This document shows, one piece after another, positions 1 to 8,604 of a stretch of 64,000 nt of DNA (positions are counted from its first letter, which is position 1; the number at the start of each line of letters is the position of its first letter). Under the pieces are notes generated by a model, which saw nothing but the letters and a program-made list of their open reading frames with translations, was not told where the DNA came from and did not search any database. Position numbers and translations under genes: made by a program. This DNA is from Candidatus Dojkabacteria bacterium (GTDB lineage: Bacteria > Patescibacteriota > Dojkabacteria > JAFGLO01), in contig JAFGLO010000015.1 in the NCBI GenBank assembly GCA_016927995.1, positions 75,430 to 139,429 of the forward strand, in the 5' to 3' direction.

Positions 1-666
1 ACCGTAGCGAGCCAAGGGCTTTACTACACCCATCACGTTACCTTAACAGATCTTGATATAGGCGGAACCTATTATATTCGTGTAAATTCCGGAACCGATA
101 GATATTTTACCCCAACAGCAAGGGCTGTAACGTTAAACCAGTTATCGGCAACTCCTCCGGCACTTTCACTTTTAAATGGTTCCATTTCCGGAACCGGACA
201 AAATGATACACTTGTTTATGCTACAATTTCCGATGCTGACAGCCAGGGGTCAGGAGGATCCTCTCAGGAGCTTTCGACCGTTGCTTCGGCTACCGGTGGA
301 TTTACAATTAGCCTTGGAGAGGCTTATACTACATCTGGAACATCATACTATCAGTCAACTAATAACGATGACGTACTTGTTTCAATGGCAACCTATGGTG
401 ATAATGACACCCAAACGGTTAAAGTATCCGCAGCCGAGACCGGAACCTCGTTTACTCTTGATTCATATGGCTCGTCCGATGGTAGATCAAACAAACTTTT
501 AGATATGTCAGTTCTAAAAGGATCATCCCCCAAAACGGCCGGATTAATAACGATTATAATGTCGGTTGCCACCTTTATTGTGTCCATACTTCTTTCCAGC
601 CAGCTGTACATATATAATAAAAAGCATGCCTGGGAAAATAAAATAATAGATACCTTAAGTGAATAG
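1..666 (+). CDS. C-terminal fragment of a large cell-surface protein (5' partial); Gly/Ser/Thr-rich repeats, then SPKTAG-like motif, a hydrophobic helix and a basic tail
   Basis: Frame 1 is open from base 1 to the stop at 664-666. Composition resembles beta-sandwich/FN3-like surface repeats. The C-terminus is a tripartite signal: motif, transmembrane helix, KKH tail. Confidence 0.45.
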   Translation, partial: TVASQGLYYTHHVTLTDLDIGGTYYIRVNSGTDRYFTPTARAVTLNQLSATPPALSLLNGSISGTGQNDTLVYATISDADSQGSGGSSQELSTVASATGGFTISLGEAYTTSGTSYYQSTNNDDVLVSMATYGDNDTQTVKVSAAETGTSFTLDSYGSSDGRSNKLLDMSVLKGSSPKTAGLITIIMSVATFIVSILLSSQLYIYNKKHAWENKIIDTLSE

Positions 667-1858
667 TAAATCGGGTTTAAGTTTATTATTCTTTACAATC
701 TTGGGGAGCTCGTTAGGTTTTACTTTGGTTGCACAGCTATTCTTAAATCAGGTTAAGGCCGAGTCACACTATCAAACAGTTGATGTAGACAGAAATATAG
801 CGGAATCGGGATTTGATAAGTATGCAAAGGTCGAGAAAATAGTATTATGTAACATTGATAAATCTAGTTTATATAATAATGTTTCGTCAGAAGATTGGTA
901 CAAATCTCTATATTTTTATACAATAACATCACTTCATTTTTATGATATTCCATACAATTTTGTATATGATGGTGGAACTATATATCAGGGACGGCAAACT
1001 TCACATTGGGTAGATTTACAGCCACTTGTTGTAAACAACACTCAGGGAATCGTGCTTGTTGGCGTAACAAATCTCGCAGGGAGTCTAGATTCTACACTTT
1101 CCTCGTTTATTTCGTATCTTTTAGATGTATACGATATTTCTCCGAGTGCAGTTTTGGTAAAAGATTGTAAAATTGAAAAGACCCAAATTCAAGATAGTTT
1201 TGTGTCAAATTTCTCGCTTGAAGAATCTTTTGTTAGCATATCTTCTTTTGTTGGACAACTTTCAGTGTCCGACAATTTTAAGCGAACTTACGAGGGGAGT
1301 GTAACAACAGTTTCCAATGAGGAATATACAGATCCCGACAAAAATCTGTCTGTAAAAATTAATATTGAGAATACCGGCGATTATGCTTGGTATGCAGTAG
1401 ACGATTTCTACATTGTTACAACCGACTTGTTTTTGCATGATAGTCAATTCTTTTTAACAGGAGTATGGCCAAGCAGATCACATGCAAAAAAAATCGATCA
1501 GGATATACCTCCGGGAGAAACTATTCCAATCACTTTTGAACTTAGACCGGGAATAATGCCCGGAGAATATACGGAAAAGTTCATTATCGTTGACAAAAAC
1601 AAACTACCCATACAAGGAACCGAATTTAGCGTAAGCTTTATTACAAACAATGTTGACTATACTTTTGTACGTGTAAAAGAAAATCAGTGGGGCTTTTTAA
1701 ATGTACGTGAAAGTCCATCCTCATCAGCAGAAATAGTAACGAAAGTGTCGCCGGGTGAGATTTTCATTGTTGTAGAGCATGTTAATTCGTGGTACAAAAT
1801 TAAGATAGATGAGACTCGCGAAGGCTGGGTTTCGGGAACATATATAGAATTTCTTTAA
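659..1858 (+). CDS. Secreted or membrane-anchored protein with C-terminal bacterial SH3 (SH3b) domain
   Basis: GTG start overlapping the upstream stop. N-terminal hydrophobic signal/anchor. C-terminus matches the SH3_3 pattern (FVRVKE...WGFLNVRESPS...WYKI...GWVSGTYIEF). Confidence 0.5.
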   Translation: MNSKSGLSLLFFTILGSSLGFTLVAQLFLNQVKAESHYQTVDVDRNIAESGFDKYAKVEKIVLCNIDKSSLYNNVSSEDWYKSLYFYTITSLHFYDIPYNFVYDGGTIYQGRQTSHWVDLQPLVVNNTQGIVLVGVTNLAGSLDSTLSSFISYLLDVYDISPSAVLVKDCKIEKTQIQDSFVSNFSLEESFVSISSFVGQLSVSDNFKRTYEGSVTTVSNEEYTDPDKNLSVKINIENTGDYAWYAVDDFYIVTTDLFLHDSQFFLTGVWPSRSHAKKIDQDIPPGETIPITFELRPGIMPGEYTEKFIIVDKNKLPIQGTEFSVSFITNNVDYTFVRVKENQWGFLNVRESPSSSAEIVTKVSPGEIFIVVEHVNSWYKIKIDETREGWVSGTYIEFL

Positions 1859-3804
1859 TGGATCTTCAGACACTTAACGACAAGCAAAAAGAGGCAGTTA
1901 CTTATTTTGATTCTCCACTTTTGGTTTTTGCAGGTGCAGGCTCCGGAAAAACTCGTGTTATCGTTCACAAAATCGCATATTTAATCAATGAGCTTAAGGT
2001 TTCGCCACATAACATTTTGGCACTTACCTTTACCAAAAAAGCTGCAGAAGAAATGAGAAGTAGAGTATCCCAGATGCTTAACTCAAGTGTAAATCTTAAG
2101 GGTATGTTTGTTGGAACGTTTCATTCATGGGGTGCATATATTCTACGTCGGGAATCCCAAGAGATAGGTCTTAATCAAAACTTTCCAATATTCGACAGTA
2201 CCGACAAAGACAACATAATTAAAGAAATAATAAAAGATTTTAACATTGGTAAGGTTTCATTTGGTGCAGTTTCTGCCGTAATTTCAAGGCTTAAGAGTGA
2301 CTTGATTTCAAGTTCCGACTACTTAAAACTTAATTTTAGCTCTCCTCAGGTTGAGCTAATGGCTAAAGTATATGACGAATACGAAAAACGCAAGTCCAAC
2401 ATGGGTGGAGTTGATTTTGATGACCTGTTAGCGTATCCGCTTAAATTGTTTTCTGAGAATTCCGAAATTTTACAAAAATATAAACAGACTTATTCATACA
2501 TTCTTGTCGATGAATACCAAGATACCAACAAAACCCAATATAAGCTAATCAAGAATATTTCAAACGAAAATGTGTGTGTAGTGGGTGACGACGACCAAAG
2601 TATTTATTCATGGCGGGGTGCAATTATTGAAAATATCCTGAGATTTAAATCTGACTTTGCACAGGCAAAGATCATTAAACTTGATACAAATTATAGATCC
2701 ACACAAAAAATAATTGATGCCGCATATGGTCTTGTTGCAAATAACACAAAGCGTGAAGATAAAGAAGTTTTTTCTGTCTCTGATACAGGCGAAGATCTTA
2801 CCTTGTACGAAGGCGATGACGAGAACGACGAAGCTTTCTTTGTGATAAGTCGGATCCAAAAGCTTTTGGATGAGGGTTATTCTTTTAATGATATTGCCAT
2901 TTTCTATAGAACAAACAGCCAATCCCGTGTGATTGAGGAACAGTTGGTAAGTTATGGATTGCCGTATAGGATATACGGAGGGTACCGGTTTTACGAACGT
3001 GCTGAAATAAAAGATCTAATTGGATATATTTCCTTTCTTGTTGACAACAAAGATGACATATCTCTATTTAGAATACTTAATACACCTGCAAGGAAAATCG
3101 GACCGTCAGCTATTTCGAAACTTAAGGAAGTTTCGTCACAAAACGGTATAAGCGCCAAGGAGTTAGTAAGAGCATATATTGTTAATTCCGGGGTTGCACT
3201 ACCGTTTGGAAGTAATACCAAAAGTCTTTCCGACAAAGACATAAAAGCCCTTAAATTCTTGGACAAGTTTGTAGAAGCTTTTAGGGAAATTGATTTTTCA
3301 AGGTTTTCAACCCTTACCGAATTTGTTACCACTATAATTGAAACAACTAATTACAAAGAGTATTTAGCCAATAAATACCCCGAGCTATACGAAGAAAAAC
3401 TTGAGAATATTGTTCAACTAAAACACGTCACCGAAAAATATGGATTTCAAAACAGTGACCTGCTTAATTTCCTAGAAGAGGTCGTACTAATGCTGGATAT
3501 TGAGAGTGAATCAACGAATAAAGAAGGTGCAGTAAATCTTATGACACTACATGCTTCAAAGGGTCTTGAGTTCTCGGTTGTGTTTATTGTTGGGATTGAG
3601 GAGGGGGTCCTGCCACATTTTAGATCACTTGAAAGTACCGATGCAGTTGAAGAAGAGCGTAGACTTTTATATGTTGGCATCACTCGTGCGAAGCGAAAAG
3701 TATTTTTAAGTTATACAAGATTTAATTCAGCAAGACTTATGTCCAGAAGTCCTTCTCGCTTTTTAAGTGAGATCCCGGAGGAACATCTTCAGATAATTAT
3801 GTAA
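1858..3804 (+). CDS. uvrD: ATP-dependent DNA helicase, UvrD/PcrA family (SF1)
   Basis: Walker A GAGSGKT, DEYQDT motif and UvrD_C motifs (LMTLHASKGLEF, VGITRAK). 648 aa. Confidence 0.85.
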   Translation: MDLQTLNDKQKEAVTYFDSPLLVFAGAGSGKTRVIVHKIAYLINELKVSPHNILALTFTKKAAEEMRSRVSQMLNSSVNLKGMFVGTFHSWGAYILRRESQEIGLNQNFPIFDSTDKDNIIKEIIKDFNIGKVSFGAVSAVISRLKSDLISSSDYLKLNFSSPQVELMAKVYDEYEKRKSNMGGVDFDDLLAYPLKLFSENSEILQKYKQTYSYILVDEYQDTNKTQYKLIKNISNENVCVVGDDDQSIYSWRGAIIENILRFKSDFAQAKIIKLDTNYRSTQKIIDAAYGLVANNTKREDKEVFSVSDTGEDLTLYEGDDENDEAFFVISRIQKLLDEGYSFNDIAIFYRTNSQSRVIEEQLVSYGLPYRIYGGYRFYERAEIKDLIGYISFLVDNKDDISLFRILNTPARKIGPSAISKLKEVSSQNGISAKELVRAYIVNSGVALPFGSNTKSLSDKDIKALKFLDKFVEAFREIDFSRFSTLTEFVTTIIETTNYKEYLANKYPELYEEKLENIVQLKHVTEKYGFQNSDLLNFLEEVVLMLDIESESTNKEGAVNLMTLHASKGLEFSVVFIVGIEEGVLPHFRSLESTDAVEEERRLLYVGITRAKRKVFLSYTRFNSARLMSRSPSRFLSEIPEEHLQIIM

Positions 3805-4356
3805 ACCTGTGGAAGCTTTTGTGTTACGATTTGTTGTGTTTTCATTAAAGAATAACACTTCAAGCTTTGTCAAACATGATTTCCCGTGGTGATGAACTTT
3901 AATAGGGGATCCGAATTATATTGAAACTCGCTATTTCAGACGATTTCTTTAACTTAAATTTTTGGGTAATTTAGAGTTGACCCACGTGCAAGTTTTTTGA
4001 GCATTAAAGCGACCTGCAGGAGGCGACTTTGAGGGTGTATACCTTGCGTGTACGTGTCTGTACCTGTTTTGTATACAAGTTATTGAGAAGCAAAGCTCTT
4101 TTTAAAAAAGTTGGAAAATCTTTCTACTGCTTAACTTTAGTAGTCAGTACCGAAATTCATAAACAGTGATTTTGCGTGATTTGAGGATATTTATATAAGA
4201 TAATTTAGGAGATGATCAATTGTAACGCCATTCTTTTTCAGCCTGTTACAATAGTCGCAATAGTGCTTTTGTTAGATGGTTTTATGACCTATCTGTTGTT
4301 GTCTCCGTTCCGAGTTTTTGTTATAGTGAAGAAGTATTATATACCGTCAAAACATA

Positions 4357-5715
4357 ATGCAACTATTCAATAAATTAAAGAAAACTTTCGGACTTCGCGA
4401 AAGTTCTAGAATTAATCGTTATTTTAATATTGTTAGCACTTTTTTCTTTGTTATATTTGCGTTGTTTTCAACCTTTAGAGTATCCCCCGCATATGCCGGT
4501 TCAATTGAACAAGCTGCACTTGTTGCACTTGCAAATGTTGATAGAATTTCCCGTGGATTAATTCCCTTGCAAGTAAACAACGAACTTGTGGCAGCAGCGT
4601 ATCTAAAGGCTTATGACATGCTTGATAAACAGTACTGGGCACACTATGGTCCCTCCGGAGAGAGTCCGTGGATGTATATTTTGTCATCGGGATACGATTA
4701 TACCTATGCAGGTGAGAACCTAGCTTATGGTTTCGAGGACTCATCCGGGGTGCACGAAGCATGGATGAATAGCCCGACTCATCGAGACAACATATTAAAT
4801 AACAGCTTTATTGATGTAGGAATTGCTGTTGTTAAGGGCTTCTTTGAAGGATCCGAGACTACCCTAGTTGTGCAACTTTTTGGATCGCTTGGTGATTCAT
4901 CCAAAACGGTTGATATATCATCGAAGCCGTTAAATATCCTTTATCCGACAGAAGGTTCTGTTGTAATTGATGAGCTGTTCGGTGTGCTGGGAACTGTTTC
5001 AACCGATGTACAAAATCCGCTGGTTCAGATTTTCATGGATGGTGAGAGTATTGGTGGAGCAATTATTTCGAGTGGGACCTTTAGTAAACGATTAAACTTT
5101 TCAAAACGAGGTGGGCATAAACTTACTGCCGATCTACTGGATTCAATGGGAAATATTGTTTATAGTGACATGGTAAATTATGAAATTGCAAACAATAATT
5201 GGGTCCAATTAGCTCCAACCAACCTTTCTTATGAACGATTAACAGATGACACATATAATTTAACTGGAACGGTAACAAAGGACGTTCTAAAAGCGAATAT
5301 TAAAACATCAACAGATGTTATTAATTGTAATGTGATAAATCAATCGCTAACGTGTGTTGTACCCAAGAAGATTTTTGAACAAAAAAATAAACAGTTAATC
5401 CTTCTTGACAACTCCGGAACGGCTGCCAATGTGGGTGTCGATAATCTTATTGTATATGGTGTTTCGGGAGCTGTGTTCATGGGAAGTAATGTACTTGGTC
5501 GGCTTCTTACCGAAGGGCAACAGATGACTTCAAAGTTTTTGAACCGGGGAACAATCGGTCTGTTTTTGTCGATATTTGTAATGATTGAGATTATTCGTGT
5601 AATTATATTGTGGAGAAATAACAGCTACAAAGGTCACTACGGCTACAGAGTTCTTATATTCATGCTTGCGCTTTTTGCACAGCTTTCATTTACTGGGGGA
5701 GGGATAGTTATATGA
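4357..5715 (+). CDS. Secreted CAP/SCP (YkwD-like) domain protein with C-terminal transmembrane segment
   Basis: N-terminal signal peptide. CAP-domain motifs (HYGPSGESPW, GENLAYG, HEAWMNSPTHRDNIL). Hydrophobic helix near the C-terminus. Confidence 0.5.
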   Translation: MQLFNKLKKTFGLRESSRINRYFNIVSTFFFVIFALFSTFRVSPAYAGSIEQAALVALANVDRISRGLIPLQVNNELVAAAYLKAYDMLDKQYWAHYGPSGESPWMYILSSGYDYTYAGENLAYGFEDSSGVHEAWMNSPTHRDNILNNSFIDVGIAVVKGFFEGSETTLVVQLFGSLGDSSKTVDISSKPLNILYPTEGSVVIDELFGVLGTVSTDVQNPLVQIFMDGESIGGAIISSGTFSKRLNFSKRGGHKLTADLLDSMGNIVYSDMVNYEIANNNWVQLAPTNLSYERLTDDTYNLTGTVTKDVLKANIKTSTDVINCNVINQSLTCVVPKKIFEQKNKQLILLDNSGTAANVGVDNLIVYGVSGAVFMGSNVLGRLLTEGQQMTSKFLNRGTIGLFLSIFVMIEIIRVIILWRNNSYKGHYGYRVLIFMLALFAQLSFTGGGIVI

Positions 5716-6503
5716 AAACCCAAAGCAAAATATTCAAAAAGAATCTTTTAATTAGTTCGTTAGTATATTTTGTCGTGCTTGAGCTTACTTTTTTTGTTAA
5801 GCAGTCTCTTAATACTGATTCATACCTTTTATCTTGGCATCTTGTACTTGCAATACTTTCACTTGGACTTAATTATCTTTCCTTTTACGTTTTGTTGACA
5901 AGAATAAATGATCAGAAACGAGCGAAAAGGAACTGGACTTTAACTCAAATATTTTTTGGTTTTCCGATTCTAATATGGACTCTTACAATTGGAGTTCTGA
6001 TTCTCTTAACAAGTGGGTATTCAGGTCAATTATGGATTTTGATCTCATCAACAATTTGGACGGTTTTTCTTGCTGCATTGCTTAGATCAGTACAAAACGC
6101 ATATTCGGTCTCAAAATATATAAAACTGATTGACTTTGTTGCCGTATATATTTTCTTTGCGGGAATACTATTGGTTGGATATTTCTTAAAAGATCTAACC
6201 TTTGGTGCTGTTCTAATCGTTTATCTGATAATGATATTTGCAACCTTTAAGCTTGAACTTTTAACAAAGCCTTTCTTTTATATAATAAATCTCTTAGCAA
6301 TTTTTGTGATGTATATGGTCTTTTTGTTTATAGATCATCAGTCGAAACTGCTTTTCTTTCGAGAGGCACTTTTCTTTACAAATATTTTTTTCTTGTTTTC
6401 ATCGGTCCTAAGGCTTATTGAACTTGGACGATTCAAAAAAGACAACATATTTCAGACAATAATAGCCTTTCTTGTTGTGGCAATTGTAACATTGGGTGGC
6501 TAG
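5712..6503 (+). CDS. Polytopic integral membrane protein, hypothetical
   Basis: About 8 predicted hydrophobic helices. Start overlaps the upstream gene stop by 4 nt (translational coupling). Confidence 0.4.
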   Translation: MKTQSKIFKKNLLISSLVYFVVLELTFFVKQSLNTDSYLLSWHLVLAILSLGLNYLSFYVLLTRINDQKRAKRNWTLTQIFFGFPILIWTLTIGVLILLTSGYSGQLWILISSTIWTVFLAALLRSVQNAYSVSKYIKLIDFVAVYIFFAGILLVGYFLKDLTFGAVLIVYLIMIFATFKLELLTKPFFYIINLLAIFVMYMVFLFIDHQSKLLFFREALFFTNIFFLFSSVLRLIELGRFKKDNIFQTIIAFLVVAIVTLGG

Positions 6504-6961
6504 TTTACCGATTTGATTTTTACTGATTCTTTTTTACCAGACGGGGTAGCATAATTTGCAGTATCTCCAGCTTCTTTGCCTAGAATTGCCTTGCCAAGTG
6601 GTGATTCAACCGAGAGTTTGTTTTCTTTGGGATCTGCCTCCTGTGGAGAAACGATTGTATATTCGATATCCTTTCTACCCTTAACAACGGTTACAGTTGA
6701 TCCGATTTCGGCAGTTTTGGAATTAACGTTCTTTAAAATTTTTGCGTTTTCAAGTATCTGTTCAATTTCGTTTATTCTTGCTACGTTGTTTTCGTACTCT
6801 TCCTGAGACATGCTCCAGGCACTGTTTTCCGATAAATCACCAGCTGATCTGGCTTCGGCCATTCGCTTACGGATATCGAGCATCTTGGGTCCCTTGCGTT
6901 CGGCAAGCTCGTTCTTTAATTGTTGTACTCCCTCTGCAGTTAATTGTACAACCTTATCCAT
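6500..6961 (-). CDS. greA: Transcription elongation factor GreA
   Basis: N-terminal coiled-coil plus FKBP-like C-terminal domain, typical GreA sequence, 153 aa. Confidence 0.9.
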   Translation of the reverse strand: MDKVVQLTAEGVQQLKNELAERKGPKMLDIRKRMAEARSAGDLSENSAWSMSQEEYENNVARINEIEQILENAKILKNVNSKTAEIGSTVTVVKGRKDIEYTIVSPQEADPKENKLSVESPLGKAILGKEAGDTANYATPSGKKESVKIKSVN

Positions 6962-6979
6962 GTATATATAATAAAGTTA

Positions 6980-7195
6980 ATGAAAAACGAAAGAATTATT
7001 ACACGTGTCATTCTAGTATGTCAAGTGATTGTTTCGGCTTTTGTAGATTTGTTAATAGTTGTCGCAATTACAGGGTACCGAAGTTCCGAACAATTGATAA
7101 CATTGTTAACAAATACCTTACCCGTTGGAATAGAGCTAGAATCATCTGTGATTGAGGATTATATCGGTTGTTCAAGGTGGGAACAACTAAAATAA
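6980..7195 (+). CDS. Small ORF encoding a single transmembrane helix; possibly the frame-shifted N-terminal anchor of the downstream L,D-transpeptidase
   Basis: Hydrophobic stretch VILVCQVIVSAFVDLLIVVAITG. The ORF ends 28 nt after the transpeptidase ORF opens in another frame. Confidence 0.25.
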   Translation: MKNERIITRVILVCQVIVSAFVDLLIVVAITGYRSSEQLITLLTNTLPVGIELESSVIEDYIGCSRWEQLK

Positions 7196-7623
7196 AGGTC
7201 TTCGCAGAAAAGCTTATTGATGCCAAGTTAAAGATGGAAAACAACAAGCTGGTAATGCCTTTTAATAACTATGCAATTGTTGATCTTTCGGAACAAAGAG
7301 AATATGTGTTTTCCGATGAGACTATTTATGTCTATAGAGTTGCAACCGGGGCTGCCGAAAATCCAACTCCTGTGGGTGTCTGGAAGATTGTTAAGTATTA
7401 TGAAGATTTTGAACTGAGTTCACTTTACGGACCGTGCCTTTTAAAACTTAATTATTTTGATGGACGCACCTGGATTCCAACAGAAAGAGCTTTGCATGGG
7501 ACTAATACGCCTGATATAATAGGTTCACCTGAGTCTTTTGGGTGTATATATCATTACAATGATGATATCCTTAAGATTTGTGAGCTCTTTAAAATTGGTG
7601 ACTTTGTAATTGTGATCGAGTAG
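7168..7623 (+). CDS. L,D-transpeptidase (YkuD domain)
   Basis: Catalytic motif HGT...SHGC-like (ALHGTNTPDIIGSPESFGCIYHYNDD) and the IVDLSEQ..YVY signature. TTG start as annotated; no signal peptide in this frame. Confidence 0.7.
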   Translation: MFKVGTTKIKVFAEKLIDAKLKMENNKLVMPFNNYAIVDLSEQREYVFSDETIYVYRVATGAAENPTPVGVWKIVKYYEDFELSSLYGPCLLKLNYFDGRTWIPTERALHGTNTPDIIGSPESFGCIYHYNDDILKICELFKIGDFVIVIE

Positions 7624-7732
7624 AGATTGTTGACCGCAGGTTGCTTATAACCCGTTATCAATGCTATGGGTTTGGCGTTTCGGGTTTGATACCTTTTACG
7701 TAATACCTTTAAATATACCGTTTCTCACTTGT

Positions 7733-7804
7733 GCCGCTATCGTCTAACGGTTAGGACGCGGGATTCTCAATCCTGTAATCGGGGTTCGATTCCCCGTAGC
7801 GGTA
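7733..7804 (+). tRNA. tRNA-Glu (anticodon CTC)
   Basis: Manual cloverleaf: acceptor GCCGCTA/TAGCGGT with G1-U72, D-arm GTCT/GGAC, anticodon stem CGGGA/TCCTG with loop TTCTCAA, T-arm CGGGG-TTCGATT-CCCCG. No CCA encoded. Confidence 0.8.
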
Positions 7805-7925
7805 TTTATTCAGTGGGGAATCGAACCTGTATCACTTGTTTAGTTTCTTGATCCATGCTCCAAGTATTCGCATTCAGCCTTAGCCTGAGTTAGGTACATC
7901 TCAGGCTCCCCGTAGCGAGTGGGTA
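7805..7925. other. tRNA-like fragment region: inverted T-loop motif GGAATCGAACC and a second copy of the tRNA-Glu 3' end (CCCCGTAGCG..GTATTT)
   Basis: Seen directly in the sequence. Neither strand folds into a canonical cloverleaf by hand. Confidence 0.25.
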
Positions 7926-7968
7926 TTTTGCAAAGCGTAAATTGTATTCATAAATTTTCAAAAAAGCC

Positions 7969-8604
7969 GTGATTAAATTTAAAATAATAACTCCGTTTCC
8001 GGACTTTGTCTCAACAATAAAAGACTTTAGCATAATAAAGAATGCTATTAATAAAAAGCTTGTATCGATAGAGGTCCACGACTTGCGAAAGTGGAGTTTA
8101 GGTAATTACAAACAGATTGATGATACTCCATACGGTGGTGGTGCCGGGATGGTTTTAATGATCGAGCCGATATTTAATGCCCTTAATGATCTAAAGAGTA
8201 CTGACTCGCATGTTGTTTTGACATCTGCAAAGGGTAAAAAGCTTGATTATCAAAAATCACACGAACTCTCAGAAAAAAAAGAGATTATTATAATATGTGG
8301 TCATTATGAAGGTGTCGATCAGCGGATAGAAGACAATTTGGTCGACGAATCAATAAGCATTGGCGATTATATTCTTTCCGGCGGTGAACTACCTGCAATG
8401 ACTATTGTGGATGTGGTAACACGCCTTGTTCCCGGAGTTATTAATGCAGACTCATTAACAGAAGAAACAGATCAGAAAAATAAAGAATATCCTCATTACA
8501 CACGACCGGCAAAGTTTAAGGGCTGGGCGGTACCGGAGGTATTGTTAAGTGGTAATCACGAAGAAATTAAAAAATGGCGAGAGTCTCAGCGCAAGAAAAC
8601 ATAA
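7969..8604 (+). CDS. trmD: tRNA (guanine37-N1)-methyltransferase TrmD
   Basis: SPOUT-fold TrmD sequence (IICGHYEGVDQR, LSGGELPAM), 211 aa. Confidence 0.9.
   Translation: MIKFKIITPFPDFVSTIKDFSIIKNAINKKLVSIEVHDLRKWSLGNYKQIDDTPYGGGAGMVLMIEPIFNALNDLKSTDSHVVLTSAKGKKLDYQKSHELSEKKEIIIICGHYEGVDQRIEDNLVDESISIGDYILSGGELPAMTIVDVVTRLVPGVINADSLTEETDQKNKEYPHYTRPAKFKGWAVPEVLLSGNHEEIKKWRESQRKKT

Noticed and set aside
2608-3683. Minus-strand ORFs (104, 113 and 78 aa) inside the UvrD helicase gene; similar antisense ORFs occur inside fusA, tuf, rplB, rpsC, rpoA and other core genes
   Set aside because: They are antisense to strongly supported conserved genes, their products are low complexity, and no independent signal supports them. 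They are standard six-frame noise.
6576-7195. Plus-strand ORFs 6576..6806 and 6742..7155 overlapping greA and its upstream region
   Set aside because: They are antisense to or overlap greA and the divergent promoter region. Only the short transmembrane-helix ORF 6980..7195 was retained, as a possible transpeptidase anchor.
7805-7925. Candidate minus-strand tRNA after tRNA-Glu
   Set aside because: It contains the reverse-complement T-loop motif GGTTCGATTCC, but hand folding gives only a 2-3 bp T-stem, no acceptor pairing and an 8-bp hairpin with a 10-nt loop in place of an anticodon arm. I kept it only as a 'tRNA-like fragment', not a tRNA call.
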